In this document: positions 48,610 through 64,000 of the stretch, piece by piece | Layout: the number at the start of each line of letters is the position of its first letter | Position numbering within the stretch: position 1 is the first letter of the stretch | Assembly: GCA_963693365.1 (NCBI GenBank) | Contig: CAVNZM010000007.1 | Span: 1,969,979-2,033,978, forward strand | DNA length: 64,000 nt | Source of the DNA: Amoebidium appalachense | Taxonomy: Eukaryota; Protista; Ichthyosporea | Direction: 5' to 3' | Notes under the pieces: model-generated | What the model was told of the DNA's origin: nothing | Database searches by the model: none | What the model saw: the letters and a program-made list of their open reading frames with translations, nothing else | Translations under genes and position numbers: made by a program

Positions 48610-49059
48610 TTTAACCTAAGTTTGTGGACGGAAAAGCGTAGGCACTCGGTGGTGGGTCAATTTTGACGCAATTTTACCGGAAAATAGCGTTGGGTTTGCT
48701 GTTGTTGATGATTGAAGGGTGGAGGGAATGGAGTTGTCTGGACTTTGAAGATGAGAGTTTTGATGACTGGAATGCTTTTTTTTTGAGCAACACTGTTTGA
48801 TTTAGAAACTTAGGTTGCATCTGTCTAGACACAAATGCCCCCTCATTTTGCAGTTTTTATTTCATTTTTTTGTTGTTGTTGTTTTTGACTTTCGTAATGT
48901 TATTGCTTTGTATTTTCTATTTTGTTTTTTGACTTGTCCTACCACGGTCAGTCCCGGGAATTTGGCTCAAATACGCCAACACCGGTTTGTGTGATATATT
49001 TACTGCGTGAAGACATGCCTATTGACTTGATAGGGGTGGGCCGTTACTCTATGGGACCC

Positions 49060-49782
49060 TCCATATGCATACTGTTAGCAAACTTGCCATATTAGGTATA
49101 CAACCTGCCTTTTCTGGAAATTACGGCTCGACCACTGGCCGATATATTATGCACACAAAAGTGCAAGATGTACATTTCTTACCTTTCAATGATGTGGTGA
49201 TCTGGCAAACATGCCGTGATAGTATATAGAGAAAATAAACAACATACATAGCCTAATCAAACCGTTGCATGGGTGTCTGTTGTATGTGTGCTGCCGCTAC
49301 ACATTTCCCCATCCAACCCCCCCTCCCCCCCCCCCCCCTCCTCTCCCCCCTTCCCAACACACACACACACACTCACACCCGGTCCACCACCACCACCACC
49401 ACCACCACCACCACCACCACCACAACCAACAAAGGAAAACAGTTATACCGGTCTGTGTCGACTGCTAGGGCCCTGGCAACATGTATATGCGTGCAGGAAA
49501 GGCCCCCATGCCATATGCGGGGGGGGGGGGGGGGGGGAAGGCACCGCTGTTAGCAAACTTGCCAAATTAGGTATATAACCTCCCTTTTATGGAAATTACA
49601 ACTCGACCACTGGCCAATATATGATGCACACAAAAGTGCAAGATGTACATTCATTACCCTTTCAATGATGTGGGTGATCTTGCAAACATGCAGTGATAGT
49701 ATATCAATATGGAGAAAATAAACAACATATATAGCTTAATCAAACCTTTGCATGGGTGTCTGAATATTTTTTGCCGCTACAC
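49060..49782. repeat. Diverged ~230-bp direct repeat
   Basis: ctgttagcaaacttgcca...ctcgaccactggcc...tgcatgggtgtctg occurs at ~49072 and ~49547. Confidence 0.85.
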
Positions 49783-49890
49783 TTGAAGGGCCATTACCCC
49801 CTCCCCCCCCCCCCTTACCACCATCACAGAACAGGCAAAAACAAAAGAGAGATAAACCAACTGCCCAGCTAAATATATGGCAGCGCTAAG

Positions 49891-49921
<31 letters not shown>

Positions 49922-50861
49922 CCCCCCCCCCCCCCCCCCCACAAACTACCAATGGCAAAAAAAATACCGGTCTCACACTGACGTCGACTGCAAAGCAACC
50001 GTAGCCTGGCCCAGGGGAGGTCAATTGAGGCGGGGTGAGGGCGGGTGAGGGGGGGGGAGATCTACCTATTGTAGGAGGGGTAGGTGGGATGGCCTACTAT
50101 TGCCAAGGCCTTATGAGCGGGGGAAAATTTCATCGAAATTGATAGTGGTCTACCACACAGCGAGGGGGGCGGGCGGAAGGGGGGAGGGGGGCATAATGCG
50201 AATGTTATGTCAAAGTTATGTCCCTTATACTGTCACGTAATACACACGGGTGATGTCACGGTCGGGAAGGGACTCAGATCAGCTAATTTGAACGTTTTCA
50301 TTTATAAAAGCACCGAAAAATGCCATGTGACAACGGTTTATTGCACTTGATCACACTAATATTTTCTCGACAACCTCAGCGTGGAGTGACAATAAAGTAC
50401 ATTGACTGCCCACTCGATCAAGTCATCCCTGGAACCATCACACACAATTATATCAGATGTTGTGTTCCAAAACCATATGTTTTAGTCATTTCAAACCCTT
50501 GTGTATCCGGGCCCATCATTCGTATACACATGAAATAGGCTCATCTGATATATATTTCCCGTAACTTTGCGACTTTACGAATAACCTGATAAACATCTCC
50601 ATTATGACATGCATATGGGATGGTAAAGGCGATATACACAACCACACACGTTCTATTAATAAAGTATACCCCTTGTCCCCCCCCCCCCCCCCCCCCCCCG
50701 GGGGGCCTCTGGAACTTAAGGGAGGTATGCAGTGCCGAAAACTATATTTACAACCATCTGGATATAAAAATAAAAAAAGGCTCATCCCCTCCACCAATCA
50801 TATCACCAAAACCACCGCAAAAACCCCTTCACACTCCACAGCACCCATCTCGACCAATCAA

Positions 50862-58392
<7,531 letters not shown>

Positions 58393-59548
58393 TTTCAAAC
58401 ACAGTCCTCAAAACAGACCTGTTTCAACTGCTTTGAGTCAGTGTTTACAAAAACAGGCCTAGTCCGAAAATAGTACAACTAATGACACCTTCCTCCTTCT
58501 CGCGGCCAGGAAGGTTTTTATCTGCAAACGAGATTGCGACAAGAGGATTTTTTTTTTTTTTTTTTTTAAAGGAATTTTTATGTGCAGAACCTTTTTCTCG
58601 TAAACAGTAGCTTAGATAGGTGTATTTATTTATCTCAGATTATTCCGTTAGAAATTAGAAGACTGGCTTATTTAGATAATCGTGACATTACGTCTATTGA
58701 CTATCTGTTGAACCACGGTATGTTTAACGAGTTTTCTAGGGTGTATGATTATTTAAGTCGTTATCTCCTCCGTATCCGAGAGTGAGGGCTTTTGTATTTT
58801 CTTCTCCGAGATATTGGCCGATATCTCGATGGCTGCTATTTTGCTGAGCATATCAATAAAGTCATTATATAAAAAAAGAATTTTTATGCGTTTTAGCCTT
58901 GCATACTATCCCGTTCCTGTCAACCTCGCGAATATCTCGTATAATAGCAACAGGAAGAACAACCGATTGGTACTGGCCAACCCTCGATGCTGTCACATGA
59001 TCTTATTCATCAAATAACGGAGGAATTCTAATCTTGAACTTTTAGTCTTGTGGGCCAAAGTGGCTCATGGAATGTGGCACCTATTTATAGTTAATAAGGC
59101 TACGTGTTACCTAAATATAGATTCAACATTTTGGCGGGCTGGGCCAAAGGCTTTGAAATTTTGGAACACTGAACTTGCTGCTGTGCTGAGTCGCTCGCGT
59201 CACGTGTGCACTGTTTTGCTATCACAAGTGTCTGCCGGAGGGTTGAAGTTCTTTTTTTCTTGTTCCTAATGCTTTATTGGAGCTTCCTTCAGATACAACA
59301 ACTGTATGCTAAGGTAAAACCATAGCTATTTCGGACGCGTGGTGTGAAAAAGCAAGAAAGGCACCACCATTACTGAAGCACTATACTGTAGTTGAAGCTT
59401 GTACATGTTTGATTCCTGAGACAAGGGAGTGTCAGGGTTCAATATACAGTTTCTTCTGCGAGAGGCCTCGTAAGGCGTTAGGCGGCATAGAGCGCCTATA
59501 ACCGTCGGTTAGGTGTTCAGCGAAAGCCTGCGGACCAAAAGAGGAAAA

Positions 59549-60773
59549 ATGGAAGGTAGGTTCTTGTTGTTTTTTCTACAACTGTTTTCAGCGACATGCA
59601 CATGTCAGATATGGCTCCTTCATGAGAGATTTGCGTTCTAATCGAATATGTGGAACTTTCCGCGTATCTGAATGGCTTCTTTAATAAACGTGGTGCATTT
59701 TTACCGTCTGGTTTTTGATGCTATTATGGTGTTTAACTCCTAGAAAAGCGAACCTCCCCTCCTCCCCCCCCCCCCCCCCTGCTTTGGTGCCCCCCCCCCC
59801 CTCCCCCCCACACACACACCCTCTCGTTGAAGGCCGCCTCCCTACACCCACCACACACTAAAACAAATATTTTTCTCTTCTAATAAAACGAATTTGATTG
59901 CTTGATTAAATTGGGCAGCATTAACTGAAGTCTCTTGTTTTGCTGCTGGGCAGAGCTGCGGAGTACGTGGCAGTTCCCCTACGTGTCCTGCTTCTGTCAG
60001 GTCTACCAGGGCCTCTTTTCTTTGCCTTCCATGACAGCTGATGTAAGTCATAAACTAACTGGTGGAAGTCATGGTCACTTTAGTTTACGCCTTTTCTTAG
60101 TGATGGATAATTGTGAAATATCAGCTTAGAAAAAGCAGTGGGGACGGACATAGTACAGGGGACATGGTAAAAGTGGCAAGGAGGAAAGAGAAGGAAAACA
60201 CGAGGGGTAGCATTGGCATCGGTGAATGAGAATATGTCGAAAAGTAGTGAGTAATCGCACAAGTGCATTTAAGTGTATTTGCATGCGGATGCAAACAACC
60301 ACAAGCACCCGTGCACATCACATTCGACAAGCAGACAGTTGCAGACACGCACGTGGTTGGCCCCCCCCCCTCCCCCCCAAAAACAAACAAACAAAAAACA
60401 AAAACAAAACAAATCTTCCATACTTTCTAGTACATAAAAGGATAGACAGCCTCACCAAATCACCTTCCTATGACCTTTTCTCTCAATATGCGAGACTCCC
60501 CTAGCTACCCACCCTATCAGACTAGCATGACATCACACATACAAAGCACCATGAGTTTGAAAGATGGCATCTGTTTTGTTTTCTTGACATCTTCTCTTTC
60601 CTTTCCAGGAATTGGAGAGGCATCTGGCCTACAGCTCAACGGAAGCGGCTGTCAATTTTATAAACAATCTTCTTGGTGCTTTGCTAAAGGGTCTGACAAG
60701 GACCAAGAATCTGTATGTGCGCCCCCCCCCCCCCCCCCCCCTCCCCCCCTTTCCCACTTTCGAAAACACACAT

Positions 60774-60835
<62 letters not shown>

Positions 60836-61289
60836 CCAGCCATCGGCCAAAACTCGACTATATAAGTGTGGATGGGTCGCATGCCTTGAATACACTGTCT
60901 GCTCCCTATTGTCGTATTCTTTCGGTGTTCACTTCTACATGTCAATGTTTGTACTGCATGCCGTTTTTGGTAACATATCTCAGCACTCACTACAGCCCCC
61001 CCCCCCCTCCCCTCCCCGGGAGGACGGGTGGCCGTGAGTGGGTGGGGGGGGGGGGAGGAGGGGGGTGCTGCTTCAAATAGGTTTTAGCTACTGAATGTCA
61101 ATGCTGTGTGTGCGATTCATTCCATCTTCCGTGCCATTCGACAAATACAGCATCCTTATTAGTTTGTTTAACCCTTTTTGTGTTTTGGGACGTAGGGATG
61201 TCCATGCAGAGCTTGGAAAACAGCTGCAGAAATGGGACCCGGAGGGAGCTGTGACTGAACGGTTGCAGGTGGGTGTAGTGTGTGTGTGT

Positions 61290-61325
<36 letters not shown>

Positions 61326-63791
61326 TGTGTGTGTGGGTGTGTGTGTGGGGGGGGGGGGGGGAGGGGGGAGAAGGTGTGCGTGTGGGGGGGGAGGGGGGGT
61401 GGTATGTGTGTGTGTGGAGGGGGGGGAAGGGGGTATGTGTGTGTGTGTGTGTGTGTGTGTGTCTGTGTGTGAGGGAGGGCGGGGCGCGTGTACGTATTTG
61501 TTGTGTGTGTGTGTGGGGGGGGGGGGGGGGGGGGGGACGTGTGTGTGTGTGTGTCAATTGTGTGCTCTGTGTGTGTGTGCGTGTGTCAATTGTGTGCTCT
61601 GGGGGATTGGGATGAAGATTAAAGAACTCAGTTAATCGATTATAAAGAAATGGCATGGGCTACAGATTGACGCATGTGTGTTGACTGAGTTGGTAGCGAA
61701 CAAAAACAGACGTATGTTACTTGGAATTGGGTGTTGAAAGAAACATGCGCCTCAGGGGGGAGGGAGGGGGGGGGGGGGGAGGGGGCGAGCAGGGGTTGCA
61801 GGGATGGGAGGTTTGGGTGGGTGGTAGTGTTGTGTGTGTGTGGGGGGGGGGGGGGGGGGGGGGGAGGGGGATCCGTTGGGTTCACATACATTGGGGCAAC
61901 AAGCGTGTGCATGTATTCGGTGTGCAAGAACACATGTGGGCACTGAAAAACAGACACGGGCACACATATTGGCATATGACCAGATGCATAGTGGGCAGTC
62001 ATCAACAACACACACACACTGTTGATCTCCAGCCCTCCTTCCATGTTACCTCACACCACAAACATACCATACACTCACCTTCACACATGCACACACAGGC
62101 ACAGCCTCACAAACACACTCATATACGCGCACTCATACACTCGCGCGCGCGGACACACACACACACACTCACACTCACACGACTCACATTCACACTCACT
62201 CATCCACTCATCCGCCAATTCGACCACAGCCAAAGACACAGCACATACCCACACTCACACAACTTTTACACATACTAATACGCCCGATATGCACCAATCA
62301 CCACCGCAGTTTAAATCTGCCCTCACACTCTCACTTATATCTCTGGTGCAGGGAGTGAGTTTTTCCGACCTGACCCCTCTCGAGAGGCTGACTGCTTTAC
62401 GGCAGCTGTGTGATGCACGACTGCATTTTGCTGATGATATTGGCGAAACCCTGAAAGGTAACCCCCTCCCCCCCCCCCCTCCCCCCCCCCCCCCCCCGCA
62501 CACATACATAAGAAGAAATCCCTCTTGAGGTAGGTCTATACGAAGGAAGCCCCTAGGTATAGGGAGATCGCACCATAACCGGCTAAAAAATACAATATTT
62601 GATAATAATTTACCAAAATAAAAACATAAACCCAATAACCATAACCCTATGTGTGTCTGGGCCCTAAATGGGGGGGCTGCCGCCCCCCAACCCCCGGATA
62701 GAGGGGGCCTGACGGCCCCTTTATGTCGCTTGGGGATCAAATCGTTCTCCCCTAATTTTACGTCATTGGATCGTGTTTTGTCCAATCAGGTGCGAGGGGA
62801 CTTCCGGCGTATGGACTTTTGTGATCCCTCTTCTCCTCGTCCCCCCCCCCCCCCCCCCCCCCTCCCCCAACCCCCTCTACCCCGGTCGCCTTTCTCACGC
62901 CCACACACACCTTGTCTTTCTTTACCATGGACACACATTCCAACCCTCCCTCCCCTCCTCCTCTGCCCCGTTCCCACACCGATTAATAATATATTGAACG
63001 GTTTCGGAATTATGGAGAAGGAGGAACGGAAGAGGAAAGAAAAAAGTGAGGAAAGAAAAGGAAGGGGGGGGGGGGGGGGGGGAGGGGGAGGAGAGGTGCA
63101 TGAAAAACAGGAGAGCCTTTGTCCCGGGGCCAATTGGATACTTGTTATCACGGGTGTGTGTCTGTGTGTAGGATGGGGAGAAGGGTAAAGAGGCAGCGGG
63201 GAAGGAGGGGGGGGGGGGGGGGGGGAGAATAGAGAGTAGGGAAACGCCACAACAGGAAATTGATAGCTTTCGGGCTATTTTGGGCATTTTACACAGGCCT
63301 TTACCGGGACGTATGTGTATGGAAAAATCTATCGATGCGTTCTTGGCAGCCATGGGTGGGGAGGGGGTGGAGTGAGAACAGGATGTGTGGTGGGGGAAGG
63401 GGAGGGGGGAATGAATGAGTGTGTGTGTCTGTATGTGTGTATTTGGGGGGGGGGGGGGGGGGGGGGGGGGGTGGGGTGGGGGGGCACCATGTTTACGTTT
63501 CGGGTTACAGGTGTGCCTGGTGAGGACCAGAGGATTGAACATTTTGGGGAGGACAGTAAAGGGAACAAGTATTGGTACTTTGGAGACACACGCTTGTACA
63601 AGGAAGAGGCAGGGGAGGAGGAAGAGGAAGAGGAGGAGAAATTGCCTAAAAAGGGCGGTAAGAATGCAAAGAATTCGAAGAATGCAAAGAATTCAAAGAA
63701 TGCAAAGAACCAAAAGGCGGCGCCTGTGAAAGGGAAAGGAAAGGGGAAGGGGAAGGCCGCGCCACCGCCACCACCGGCGAAAAAGGGGAAG
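59549..63791 (+). CDS. CECR2/RSF1-like ISWI-partner protein (DDT, WHIM1, WHIM2); 5' portion, continues past the window
   Basis: Exons 59549-59555, 59954-60042, 60609-60712, 61196-61268, 62352-62457 and 63511-63791 join in frame: MEELRSTWQFPYVSCFC...SFSDLTPLERLTALRQLCDARL...RIEHFGEDSKGNKYWYFGDTRLYKE, followed by an acidic/Lys-rich tract. Confidence 0.85.
62534..62816. mobile_element. Intronic MITE-like element with ~22-bp imperfect TIRs and a GC hairpin
   Basis: gtctatacgaaggaagcccct at 62534 pairs with aggggacttccggcgtatggac at 62795-62816; internal ggggggctgccgcccccc hairpin at ~62670. Confidence 0.55.
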
Positions 63792-64000
63792 GTGAGTGGG
63801 GTAGGTGTGGACGTGTTGAAAGAGAGTAGTTTCATTAGTTGTTATGTGGGTGTAAAGCGTCAAGTGAATGGGATATCGAGAGAGGGAGACCAAACGAAGA
63901 TGGGGGTGAAGAGGGCGGGGGGGGGGGGGGGGGGGGGACAGATACACTTTACGAAAAGAGCAAGGGGAGGTGAAGTCTGTCGTGTGGAGTTTGTACATGA

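Overview
Intron-rich eukaryotic DNA with GT-AG introns packed with poly-G/poly-C runs and (GT)n/(GA)n/(TGCG)n microsatellites. Most ORF-track entries are microsatellite noise, so gene models were assembled by hand from splice signals and frame continuity. Apparently intact genes: a 3-exon GPI-anchored glycoprotein with a prion-protein/Shadoo-like layout (9285-12246 +); a head-to-head inverted pair of intronless secreted Cys-rich genes (26345-27024 -, 28400-29077 +); a hairpin-membrane protein with FFAT-like motifs (37022-37696 +); a 5-exon PAM2 plus ankyrin gene (45325-48479 +); an 8-exon X11/Mint/LIN-10-like tandem-PDZ gene lacking PTB (50862-58392 -); and the 5' part of a CECR2/RSF1-like DDT-WHIM gene (59549 to window end, +). 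Damaged loci: U11/U12-35K (SNRNP35)-like RRM exons with a micro-inversion (1259-4029 -) and a NadD/NMNAT-like gene with a kinase-like tail (6884-8319 -). Positions 13-33 kb are a patchwork of degenerate multi-module repeats, including a 10-copy array of a ~90-bp unit spaced by poly-G. The gene content suggests a unicellular holozoan, which is inference only. No database searches were run; family calls come from recalled motifs.
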